A stretch of DNA of 64,000 nt from Patescibacteria group bacterium UBA6017 (lineage in GTDB: Bacteria; Patescibacteriota; Saccharimonadia; UBA4664): positions 3,082 through 67,081 of the forward strand of contig DIZX01000002.1 of the NCBI GenBank assembly GCA_002429485.1. Direction: 5' to 3'. Below, piece after piece: positions 26,008 to 34,764 of this stretch. Numbering within the stretch: position 1 is the stretch's first letter; every line of letters begins with the position of its first letter. The position numbers and the translations under genes were made by a program. The notes below the pieces were generated by a model. That model ran no database searches, was not told the origin of the DNA, and was given only the letters and a program-made list of their open reading frames with translations.

Positions 26008-26653
26008 TTTTAACTTCTATTCCCAACCCGGATGCAAGCTCGGGCACGAGGGTAATCATTTGATCGTAATTAATGGTGGCACCCTTGAGGCCAATGATGC
26101 CTTTGATCTGCTGGACCACTGAGCTGCGGAGGTCAACACGTTGCATGGTGACACCAGAAAAATCGGCGCTAGTGAGATCGCAGTTGATAAAGTCTACATC
26201 AACTAGCTGGGCAGCGCCAAAATCGGCATCGATGAGCTGGCAACGCACGAACCGCACGCGGGCTAATTTGGCGAAGCGGAAGTTGGCGAGATCGAGTTTG
26301 GTGTCTTCGATGATGATATCTTTGAGCTCGGTTTCGGCTAGCACGACCCCGCTCATGCGGACGCGCTGGATGAGCAGCCGCCGCAACGAACTGCCGGTGA
26401 GATTGAGGCCGCCGAGCTGTCCCCCGCTGATCTCGACATCTTCCCAGCCGCCTTCGCGAAGGGCGGCGCCGGTGAGGTCGGGCTCGATGAAGCGGACCGA
26501 ATCGAAGTGAACCAGCCTGGATTTCTGGCCCGCCCATATGACATGGTCAATCTCGACACCTTCAAGAACTAGGGCCGGTTCAACTTTGGCAGCTGGCATC
26601 AATTGAGACATCGGCTTCGGGAGGTTGGGATGATTTATCTTAGACGGGGTCAT
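26000..26653 (-). CDS. Pentapeptide-repeat protein
   Basis: Tandem A(D/N)LxG-type repeats ('ADFGAAQLVDVDFINCDLTSADFSGVTMQRVDL'). Confidence 0.7.
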   Translation of the reverse strand: MTPSKINHPNLPKPMSQLMPAAKVEPALVLEGVEIDHVIWAGQKSRLVHFDSVRFIEPDLTGAALREGGWEDVEISGGQLGGLNLTGSSLRRLLIQRVRMSGVVLAETELKDIIIEDTKLDLANFRFAKLARVRFVRCQLIDADFGAAQLVDVDFINCDLTSADFSGVTMQRVDLRSSVVQQIKGIIGLKGATINYDQMITLVPELASGLGIEVKND

Positions 26654-26672
26654 GGCGTCAATTACTCGGCAA

Positions 26673-27353
26673 TTATTCTTCGGTCTCGGCGGCCCCGCCG
26701 ATTACCGCGCGAGCCTGGTCTTGATCCATTTGCGACACAGTCTCCATCTCATCGTGCAGAGAAGCCAGTTGATCAACCAGCAGCTGGGCTTCGAGTTCAG
26801 AAATCGGCATGCCGTTCAGGCCGATTTTGCGCTCAGATGCGATGGTTGCCTGCAGATACGAGCTAAGGTTAGCGTACTCGACGTCCCCGACTACATAGCT
26901 GTAGTGTTCGGCGACAACCGCCCCCTTGAACGATCGGTAGCGGGTATAGCTATTGGAGACTGATTCTCCTATCACTTCGTTTGAGCGGTTGGTCTGCAGA
27001 AAGGGGCCGTGCTCGTCCTGATTTACCGTAGCACCGCCAAGATGCCGTCTCTCGAAGGCCACCAATGACGTTTCGGCCTCATACAACGGGTCTGGCTCTA
27101 GGTCGGGTTCCTGGCCCTGAGCGTCCAGGTCCATTAAGGCGTCAAACTCTGCATCATCCAAGTTGAGCACAATATCCATTTCTATATCGTGTTCTTCTTT
27201 CATTTGGTCGTATCGCTCACCTCCGAGCAAGCTACGCATGACGGGATCGAAGAGATTGGCGATTGCCTGAGAATGTTGATCGAAAGCAACCGACAGCATA
27301 CGGAGGCGTTCGGCGGAGTTACTGGATAGCTCGGGATTTTGCTCGTGTTCCAT
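26673..27353 (-). CDS. Hypothetical acidic protein (227 aa)
   Basis: Internal ATG at 27353 avoids overlap with tatD; no known motif. Confidence 0.4.
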   Translation of the reverse strand: MEHEQNPELSSNSAERLRMLSVAFDQHSQAIANLFDPVMRSLLGGERYDQMKEEHDIEMDIVLNLDDAEFDALMDLDAQGQEPDLEPDPLYEAETSLVAFERRHLGGATVNQDEHGPFLQTNRSNEVIGESVSNSYTRYRSFKGAVVAEHYSYVVGDVEYANLSSYLQATIASERKIGLNGMPISELEAQLLVDQLASLHDEMETVSQMDQDQARAVIGGAAETEE

Positions 27354-27360
27354 AGATGGA

Positions 27361-28125
27361 CTATACCAAATTAAACAACTGCTCGGCGTTGGCGGTGGTA
27401 CTCGACATGAGGTCTTCGAGTGGCTCGCCGCGCAGTTCGGCCAGGAATTTAGCAGTGTGAGCGATATTGGCGGGTTCATTGCGTTTGCCGCGTGCAGGGG
27501 CGGGGGCGAGGAAAGGGCAATCGGTTTCCAGGACGAGGCGATCGATCGGTACCTGCTTGGCGGCATCGAGTTGGCTCGGATCCTTAGTGAAGGTCATGAT
27601 GCCGTTGAGAGCGATATACAGTCCCCGTTTGAGTGAGCCTTCGAGCTCGGGGACGCCTGCGCTGAAGCAGTGAACCAGGCCGCGCACGCCCTCGCCGTCG
27701 TATTCGTCGAGCAGGGAAAAAAATTGCGGGAAAGCATCGCGGACGTGAAAAATCATGGGCAAATTCCGCTCCAGCCCCAATTCGATCTGGAATCGCAGAG
27801 CCCGTTCCTGTTCGTCGATGGTAGTTTCGGAGCGGTAGTTATCCAACCCGCACTCACCGATAGCAATAACCTTGTCGAACCCAGATAATCGGGCCACTTC
27901 TTCGAGGGCTTCGTAGCCGCGATCGGCGTCGTGAGGGTGCAGCCCCACCGAGGCCCAGACATGTTCATAGGACTTGGCAACGGCCACCGCTTGAGCGGAA
28001 TCGGTATCGTTGCAGCCGACGGTGATAATCTTTTCAACTCCGGCGGCATGGGCGCGAGCGAGCACATCATCGATGTCGGCGCGAAATTCATCGAAATGGA
28101 TATGGGAGTGGGTATCAATCAACAT
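27361..28125 (-). CDS. tatD: TatD-family metal-dependent hydrolase/DNase
   Basis: 'MLIDTHSHIHFDEF', 'FHVRDA', 'CFSAG'. Confidence 0.85.
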   Translation of the reverse strand: MLIDTHSHIHFDEFRADIDDVLARAHAAGVEKIITVGCNDTDSAQAVAVAKSYEHVWASVGLHPHDADRGYEALEEVARLSGFDKVIAIGECGLDNYRSETTIDEQERALRFQIELGLERNLPMIFHVRDAFPQFFSLLDEYDGEGVRGLVHCFSAGVPELEGSLKRGLYIALNGIMTFTKDPSQLDAAKQVPIDRLVLETDCPFLAPAPARGKRNEPANIAHTAKFLAELRGEPLEDLMSSTTANAEQLFNLV

Positions 28126-28128
28126 AAG

Positions 28129-29598
28129 CTACTCAGGGGTTGGAATTCCGGTTTTTTCGACGGTGTCGGACTTGGGGAATAGCAGCCCGACCTCGGGACG
28201 CACCACGCCTCCGGCAAAGGTCGCGGCAATTTTGCCAGCGGTGGCGGGCATGAACGGCATGAGCAGGGAGGCAATTTGCACCAGATCAGCCACGGCGTGG
28301 TGCAATACTTCGGCCAGATGCTCGGCGTCGGCGCGCTTGCCGGCCGGACCAAGCTCCCACGGCTTCTCCTCTTCGATAAGCTGATTGAGGCCGCGGATGA
28401 GCAGCCAGACTTCGGCCAATGCACGATCGAACCGCAGCTCGGCTAGCGCATCCTCGTAGGGTTTGGTGTCGTGCGAGTGAGGCGGTAGATCGCCAATGAT
28501 ACCGTTTTGGTATTTGGCGATCATCACCTGGACGCGTTGCAAAAGGTTGCCGAGATCATTGGCGAGATCGGCATTGTAGACAGCTTCCATGCGCTGCCAG
28601 GAGAAGTCGCCGTCACCGTCGGACGGGATTTCGCGCAGGAGGTAGTAGCGGAGAGCGTCCACGCCATATTTGGCAATAATTTCGTCAGGTGACACCACAT
28701 TGCCAAGAGATTTGCTCATCTTGTGGCCTTCGCTCGAGATGAAACCGTGCACGTAGAGCGTGCTCGGGAGCGGCAGACCGGCCGAGAGCAGAATGGCGGG
28801 CCAGATGGCGGCGTGGTGGCGCAAAATATCCTTGCCAATAACCTGAACGTCGGCGGGCCAATATTTCTTGAGGGCGTCACCGTCGGGGTAGCCGAGCGCG
28901 GTAATGTAGTTGGCGAGGGCATCGAACCACACGTACATGACCTGGTGCGAATCGCCCGGAACCGGCACGCCCCAGTCGAGCTTCTTCACATCGCGGCTGA
29001 TGCTGATGTCTTCGAGACCGCGTTCGAGCAGCGCCATAATTTCGTTCTTGCGAACCTGGGGCTGGATTCTGAGTTTGTCGGTCGAAATAAGATGCTTGAT
29101 CTGATCGGTGTAAGCGGAAAGTTTGAAGAAATAATTGTCTTCCTTGATCTGCTCGAGAGGGGTTTTATGGATGGGACAGACGTGATTTGGAACCTCAAGA
29201 TCGGTGTAGAAGGTCTCGCAACCCACGCAATACCAACCTTCGTAGCTGGATTTGTAGATGTCTTTGGCGCAGGTAGTCCAGAGGGCTTGGGCGGCTTTTT
29301 TGTGGCTCGCGTCGGTGGTGCGGATAAATTGATCGTTTGAAAGCGAGAGTTTGGTAGTGAGGTTTTTGTAGACCTCACTCATTTCATCGACATACACTTG
29401 GGGGGCTTTACCGGCTTTTTCAGCCGTGCGCTTTATCTTAGTACCGTGCTCATCGGTGCCGGTGAGGAACCAAACGTCATCACCCTTTTGGCGACGATGG
29501 CGCGCCAGTACATCCGACTGGATTAGCTCCATGGCGTAACCGATATGAGGGGCGGCGTTGGTATAGACGATTGAGGAAGTGACGTAGAATTTGCCCAA
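28129..29598 (-). CDS. metG: Methionyl-tRNA synthetase (minimal form, 489 aa)
   Basis: 'APHIGY' is a HIGH-type motif; 'KMSKS' is present. Confidence 0.9.
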   Translation of the reverse strand: MGKFYVTSSIVYTNAAPHIGYAMELIQSDVLARHRRQKGDDVWFLTGTDEHGTKIKRTAEKAGKAPQVYVDEMSEVYKNLTTKLSLSNDQFIRTTDASHKKAAQALWTTCAKDIYKSSYEGWYCVGCETFYTDLEVPNHVCPIHKTPLEQIKEDNYFFKLSAYTDQIKHLISTDKLRIQPQVRKNEIMALLERGLEDISISRDVKKLDWGVPVPGDSHQVMYVWFDALANYITALGYPDGDALKKYWPADVQVIGKDILRHHAAIWPAILLSAGLPLPSTLYVHGFISSEGHKMSKSLGNVVSPDEIIAKYGVDALRYYLLREIPSDGDGDFSWQRMEAVYNADLANDLGNLLQRVQVMIAKYQNGIIGDLPPHSHDTKPYEDALAELRFDRALAEVWLLIRGLNQLIEEEKPWELGPAGKRADAEHLAEVLHHAVADLVQIASLLMPFMPATAGKIAATFAGGVVRPEVGLLFPKSDTVEKTGIPTPE

Positions 29599-29650
29599 GG
29601 TAAACCTGATCTTTTATGCGGGTAATCGTACCATACGAGGCTACGTGAGG

Positions 29651-30376
29651 CTAGGAGCGGGCAATGCCGGGAAACGGCGGGTTGGCGGTTTTGCCGGGTT
29701 TGGGCTGCTTCGAAAACTTCGATTTCAGTCGCCCCGCACCGTGAATGAGACGGAGGGCAACCGAAATACCCAAGAGTACCAGGGCGGCGATGGCGAGCTG
29801 GGTAGCGAGGTCATGAAAAACTGCGGTAAGAAACGGCGCGAAAGCGGTTTTGATCGACAAAGTATCGGGCTTTGAGAGCAATCCAAGGATTATGCTCGGT
29901 GAGAACCAAAATATGGCTGCCGAAAGACCGACGCCGGTGGCGGCGCCGAAAGCTGCGCGCGAGAGCAGTGTTAGGCGACGCTGCCCGCCGACAATGATTA
30001 TGAGGATGATCATGGCTACGATGGCCAGTTCAGCATAGAGAGCTACCGTGGGAAGGAAATTCGTAATGCCTAGGATCTTCGGGTCGGAGATGCCAACATT
30101 CACCGGGCCGGAGCCGAAATCGGCGACGGGGGTGGGGGCTCCTTTGAGTAGATGGTCGATGAATTGGGGCAATATGGCGTTTACTTGGGTTTGAACGAGA
30201 GCTGGGTCGACGGCCGGAACTTGAGCATGGATTTGATCGTAAAGCTTCACTTGATCTGCCTGATGCTCAAGATATGTGGCGCTACCAAGCGTATGGCCGA
30301 GCGTCCAGAGCGTCACAGTAATCGAAAGCGCGGTCGAGAGTAGGAGGGCTAGTAGATGGCCGAGGAATTTCATCAT
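29651..30376 (-). CDS. Hypothetical polytopic membrane protein
   Basis: Multiple TM helices. The ATG at 30376 (MMKFL) lies downstream of a TTTACA-17-TAAGCT promoter-like element containing the palindromic motif. Confidence 0.45.
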   Translation of the reverse strand: MMKFLGHLLALLLSTALSITVTLWTLGHTLGSATYLEHQADQVKLYDQIHAQVPAVDPALVQTQVNAILPQFIDHLLKGAPTPVADFGSGPVNVGISDPKILGITNFLPTVALYAELAIVAMIILIIIVGGQRRLTLLSRAAFGAATGVGLSAAIFWFSPSIILGLLSKPDTLSIKTAFAPFLTAVFHDLATQLAIAALVLLGISVALRLIHGAGRLKSKFSKQPKPGKTANPPFPGIARS

Positions 30377-30415
30377 TTGGGCGCAGCTTAGCAATAATTG
30401 TTATGGTTGTAAACG

Positions 30416-31246
30416 TTAATCGAGCAGCTGGTGCTTTTCAGCAAGTTTGTAGAGGCGCTGCCAGGCTTTGAGATCGAGTTCTTGGGCGCGGGCAGTGGGA
30501 ATGAGTTTGGCGTCGGCAATTAATTGGATGGCAAACTCGGAGGACAGATTGAGGCTGCCGGCGAGAGCATTTTTGAGCTGCTTACGCTTTTCGCCATAGC
30601 CAGCTTTGATGAGGCGGAATAACTTGGCTGGATCGGCTGGAAAGGCGGGGCCGGTAAGAGTCACGCGCAGCACGGCCGAATCAACCGCCGGAGCCGGCCA
30701 GAATTTGTGGCGTTCCACGATGCGCACGATCTCGGGGTGGCCGTAATACTGTACCGATAAGGCCAGGATGGAGAGTTGGCCGGGTTTGGCCACAATGCGC
30801 TCGGCGACTTCTTTTTGAATTAAGACCGACATGACGGAGGGCGGGTTGGGGCTCTCGATGAGGAGACGGAAGATTTTGGAGGTGAGGTAATACGGAATGT
30901 TGGCGATGGCTTTGTAGCCGGCGGGCAACGATGAGACGTCGAAGGTGAGGATGTCCTCTAAGACCACCTGGAGATTGTCGGGGGCGTCACGGGTAAGAAT
31001 TTCGGCCAGGACGCGGTCGGTTTCGACGGCAACTACTTGGCCGGCGAGCTCGGTGAGTGGGCGCGTCATTACGCCCAAACCGGGGCCGATCTCGAGCACG
31101 GTATCAGCTTTGGTGACGGCGGCGGCGTCCATAATGGCCTCAAGACTGGGCTTGTCGACCAGAAAATGCTGGCCGAGGCCTTTGTTGGGCCGGATGCCAG
31201 CGAGCTTAAGGGCGGTGCGTACGTCTTCGGCGCGAGTTAAATCCAT
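30416..31246 (-). CDS. rsmA: 16S rRNA (adenine1518/1519-N6)-dimethyltransferase RsmA/KsgA
   Basis: 'LGQHFLVD', 'VLEIGPGLG', 'NIPYYL'. The internal ATG at 31246 avoids overlap with the upstream protease gene. Confidence 0.85.
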   Translation of the reverse strand: MDLTRAEDVRTALKLAGIRPNKGLGQHFLVDKPSLEAIMDAAAVTKADTVLEIGPGLGVMTRPLTELAGQVVAVETDRVLAEILTRDAPDNLQVVLEDILTFDVSSLPAGYKAIANIPYYLTSKIFRLLIESPNPPSVMSVLIQKEVAERIVAKPGQLSILALSVQYYGHPEIVRIVERHKFWPAPAVDSAVLRVTLTGPAFPADPAKLFRLIKAGYGEKRKQLKNALAGSLNLSSEFAIQLIADAKLIPTARAQELDLKAWQRLYKLAEKHQLLD

Positions 31247-31274
31247 GAGCTCAAGTGTACCAGATAAGTTAGGG

Positions 31275-32444
31275 TTATTCGGCGATGCAGGCGCCGGTGG
31301 TGGTTGGAGCGGCGGTGCGGGCATAGGTGAGGTCGGGAAGGATTTCGGCGGAGGTGAGGGCGTAACCGACGTCGGGGTTGGTGGTGGAGGTGGCGAAGAT
31401 CACACCGATGACGGTGCCGTCGGTGCCAACGAGCGGGCCGCCGGAATTGCCGGGACGCACGACGGCCTGGAGGACGTAGATATCGCGGCGGATGAAGCCG
31501 GCGTCGTAGATGTTGCGGCCGACGGCGGTTTGGCGCTCGAGCACGGCGGCGGCGCCGGCGGTAAAGCCTCCCCCACCCGGGTAGCCCAAGGCGGCCGCGA
31601 TGGTGCCGCGGGGCACTACAGCGGATTCAATCCGCAATGGTGCGGCCGCCAGGCCATCGGCGCGCAGGACGGCGAAGTCAAGATCGGGGTCAAATAACAC
31701 CGCGGTGGCGCGGTGGCGCCCGGCGGTGTCATAAATTACCGGTGAATCTATGCCGGCCACCACGTGCGCGTTCGTGGCCACTAGACCGGTACCGGCTACG
31801 AAGCCCGAGCCTTCCTGGATACCGCCACAGCCCGCACCTTCAATCTTAACGGTGGCGTCATGGGCAATTGCGGCGGCGCCGTTCACGGCGGCGGCATTCG
31901 GGCCGGTAACAGGCGGTGCCGGCGCAGGCTCGAGGCCTACGAAGACCCGCGGGAACTTCGATGCACCAATGACTCGCTCAAATTGAGACATAACCACCGG
32001 GGCGGGCGGCAAGGCGCGGTCGAGAGAGCGCAAAATAGTTGAAGTTTGAATATCAGCCGCCAGCACCGGTCCGGCTGAGCCTCCAAAAGTAGCCGCCAAC
32101 AGCCATGCCGCCAATAAACTTGCCACGAAGCCAAAAACGGCACCCATGGCACCATCGAGCGCACCCAGACGAGCCCGTTGGATTACCGTTGCCAAATAGG
32201 CGCCTAGTGTTTCGCCGATACCACTAAGGGTAAGCGCAATAGCAAAAAATATCACTACAACTACCAGCGACCGGCTAGCCGTGAGAGGCAGATAACTGGC
32301 AATCCCCGGCGCCACAAATGCGCCGAGAATCAAGCCGATCAAAAATCCTCCAAGGGAACCGACTTGGCGAAAGAATCCCGCTAACACGCCTCGAATAGTA
32401 GCGGCCAAGACAATAACTATGATGATAATATCGAGAAAATTCAC
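31275..32444 (-). CDS. MarP-like protein: CvpA-family membrane domain fused to a trypsin-like serine protease
   Basis: Four N-terminal TM helices; protease motifs 'TNAHVV' (His), 'DFAVLR' (Asp), 'RPGNSGGPLV' (Ser). Confidence 0.65.
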   Translation of the reverse strand: MNFLDIIIIVIVLAATIRGVLAGFFRQVGSLGGFLIGLILGAFVAPGIASYLPLTASRSLVVVVIFFAIALTLSGIGETLGAYLATVIQRARLGALDGAMGAVFGFVASLLAAWLLAATFGGSAGPVLAADIQTSTILRSLDRALPPAPVVMSQFERVIGASKFPRVFVGLEPAPAPPVTGPNAAAVNGAAAIAHDATVKIEGAGCGGIQEGSGFVAGTGLVATNAHVVAGIDSPVIYDTAGRHRATAVLFDPDLDFAVLRADGLAAAPLRIESAVVPRGTIAAALGYPGGGGFTAGAAAVLERQTAVGRNIYDAGFIRRDIYVLQAVVRPGNSGGPLVGTDGTVIGVIFATSTTNPDVGYALTSAEILPDLTYARTAAPTTTGACIAE

Positions 32445-32484
32445 GCTATGAAGTATAACTCAGCCGGGTAGGCTACCGAATCGG

Positions 32485-33696
32485 CTATTTACACTGCCAA
32501 GCTGAGGTACCTTCGTGAGCCATCTTCTTGGCCGCGAGCTGGATTTGGACCGTTCCGTCAAAAATATTGTCGTTTGTACCGCCGGCCGAACGCCAAGTTG
32601 AGGGCAGGAACTGGAACAAGCCGGTGGGGTGCTCACCGTTGACTACGAAATGACTCACGGAAGTGGCATTGCCGTGGGATTCGCAGTTCATGATTCGCAG
32701 CAAGGTGTTGGGGTCGAGTGCCCATTGGGCGGCGGCGGCTTCCACGAGCGGGCGCCAGTATTCCACGGAGCCGGCAAACATAACCTTGGTACCCTCAACA
32801 ACTACCTGGTCAACGGGCTGGACCTGACTCACTACCTGAATTGCTTCCCTGCCGGTCTCAATTCCGTTCTTGTAATGAATCCGGTAGGTCACGGTTTTTT
32901 GTCCGTCGGAACCGGGGGTTCTAATGCTTGACTGGCCCTTGAGCTGGGTCGGGTCGGCGATTGTGGTGACATGGCGAGGCAGGGACTGCGTAAGGGTCGC
33001 TAAGGCTTCAGAGACGCGGGTAATAGACACATCCATACCGGGCGTAACCGGGAGGCTTAGATTGGCAGAAACGGTGTCCTGCGCGCCCAAGGCCACTCCG
33101 ACCGCCTTTAGTGCCGCCCCCACCGTGGGCTCTTGAGTGCGGATAGTACGGACCTTACCGTCAACGCTTACGTTCACGGGTTTAGCCCGGGTAACTACTA
33201 CCTCTTCGCCGAGGGCGTCCGAATCGACAATGTTGGAAATGACCTCGGTGCGGAACTGATCTTCGGGGTAAATAATCAGCCCCGCAGCCAGTGCCAGCAG
33301 GCGCGGGCTCTGATAGGCACTGCTGATGCGATGAGTCTGGATACCGTCGACAACAATGACAGGCCGAGCGCGATAAACGTTGATGTTGAACTGAGTTTTT
33401 GGCACCGGAGTACTGACGGCCGGCTCTACGAGGTCCTGCTTGTCTAGCTTGACGTTAGCACGACGCAGGACATCACCGACCGTACCGGCATCTGTCGAAA
33501 ACAATCGCTGCTGGCCATCGGCGTACAGCGAGATAATAGCCTGTGACTGAGCATCAGCCGTCGCCGCCATAGGCAGACCACCGGACGACGTGCCGAGACT
33601 GACAATCGAAATTAATATGCCTATCGCCAAGAGATTGCGCGGCTGAGCGGAAAGTCTCTGAAAGAAGGCGACAAGTGATTTATGGGCATTACGCAA
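32485..33696 (-). CDS. RpfB-like resuscitation-promoting-factor protein (TM, DUF348 repeats, G5 domain, C-terminal Rpf transglycosylase-like domain)
   Basis: C-terminal 'NCESHGNATSV...GLFQFLPSTW' matches the Rpf motif (CESGG...GL.QF..STW). The track start is TTG. Confidence 0.7.
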   Translation of the reverse strand: MRNAHKSLVAFFQRLSAQPRNLLAIGILISIVSLGTSSGGLPMAATADAQSQAIISLYADGQQRLFSTDAGTVGDVLRRANVKLDKQDLVEPAVSTPVPKTQFNINVYRARPVIVVDGIQTHRISSAYQSPRLLALAAGLIIYPEDQFRTEVISNIVDSDALGEEVVVTRAKPVNVSVDGKVRTIRTQEPTVGAALKAVGVALGAQDTVSANLSLPVTPGMDVSITRVSEALATLTQSLPRHVTTIADPTQLKGQSSIRTPGSDGQKTVTYRIHYKNGIETGREAIQVVSQVQPVDQVVVEGTKVMFAGSVEYWRPLVEAAAAQWALDPNTLLRIMNCESHGNATSVSHFVVNGEHPTGLFQFLPSTWRSAGGTNDNIFDGTVQIQLAAKKMAHEGTSAWQCK

Positions 33697-33993
33697 AATA
33701 AAAAACGTCTCTTTCGTTATACGAAGCGACTTTTTATTTCTGGTTTTTGGTTTTTACGAACATGCTTATGTTACTGAACTATCTGGGAGTAGTCAAATTT
33801 TGAGGCCTAATCGATGGGCCTTGGCGGGTTGTGCGATTGACTTGCTCACGAACTCGACCTCTTTGCTTATCGTTGCGTTGTCTTGTCGGGCGCTCGCTGC
33901 GCCACTCGCTCAACCCTTAGCGGCGTTACTCGACGCGCCGTAGTATCTGGCGCTCACTTCTCCACAGTGTATCCCCTCATAGGCACTAATAGC
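33697..33993 (-). promoter_or_regulatory. ~300-nt GC-rich structured 5' leader of the RpfB-like gene; candidate riboswitch (c-di-AMP/ydaO class suspected, not confirmed)
   Basis: No ORF. The minus strand contains 'CUACGGCGCGUCGAGUAACGCCGC' and 'GCGCCCGACAAG' (ACGG.../CCCGAC-like elements). Confidence 0.2.
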
Positions 33994-34725
33994 CTAGCTG
34001 ACCTTGGTGCCGATGTTTTCGCCCTCGATGACACGGCGGATATTGCCGCGGGTAAGCAAGTCGAAGATTACTATGGGGAGATGATTATCCATGGCGAGGG
34101 AGATGGCGGCATTGTCCATGACATTCATTTCCGGATCAGATAGGACTTTACCGAAGGTGAGGTTGTCGTGCTTTACGGCTTCCGGGTGGTTCTTGGGGTC
34201 TTTGTCGTAGACGCCGTCGACCTTAGTAGCCTTGATGACCATATCGCACTCGAGTTCAAGAGCGGTGGTAACAGCGGCGGTGTCGGTGGTGACATATGGG
34301 GTGCCGGTGCCGCCCGCGACCACTACCACTCTCCCCTTCTCCAGGTGGCGCAGGCCGCGGCCGCGAGTGAAGGGCTCGGCGACTTGGTCGGAACGCACGC
34401 GGGTCTGGAGCCGGGCCGGAACGCCGTTGGCTTTGAGAATATCAACTAGTGCCATGCCGTTGATGAGCGTGGCGAGCATACCCATGTAGTCGCCGGTAGC
34501 GCGCTCAATGCCACTCTTGGCCACACTAGCGCCGCGCATAATATTGCCGCCGCCGACGATAATAGCTAGCTGAACGTTGGTGGCGGCGATGGTTTCGGCG
34601 AGTTCTTGGGCAAGTTTATTAACGAAAATAGGATCGACACCGTATTCACGATCACCAGCGAATTGTTCACCCGAGAGTTTGAGTAGAACGCGTTTGTGGG
34701 TTTGGGTAGTAGGGGGTGTTTGCAT
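33994..34725 (-). CDS. pyrH: UMP kinase PyrH
   Basis: 'RVLLKLSGE', 'VGGGNIMRG'. Confidence 0.9.
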   Translation of the reverse strand: MQTPPTTQTHKRVLLKLSGEQFAGDREYGVDPIFVNKLAQELAETIAATNVQLAIIVGGGNIMRGASVAKSGIERATGDYMGMLATLINGMALVDILKANGVPARLQTRVRSDQVAEPFTRGRGLRHLEKGRVVVVAGGTGTPYVTTDTAAVTTALELECDMVIKATKVDGVYDKDPKNHPEAVKHDNLTFGKVLSDPEMNVMDNAAISLAMDNHLPIVIFDLLTRGNIRRVIEGENIGTKVS

Positions 34726-34764
34726 CGGTACTAATTATAGAGATGAAACGAATTTGTACAAGAA

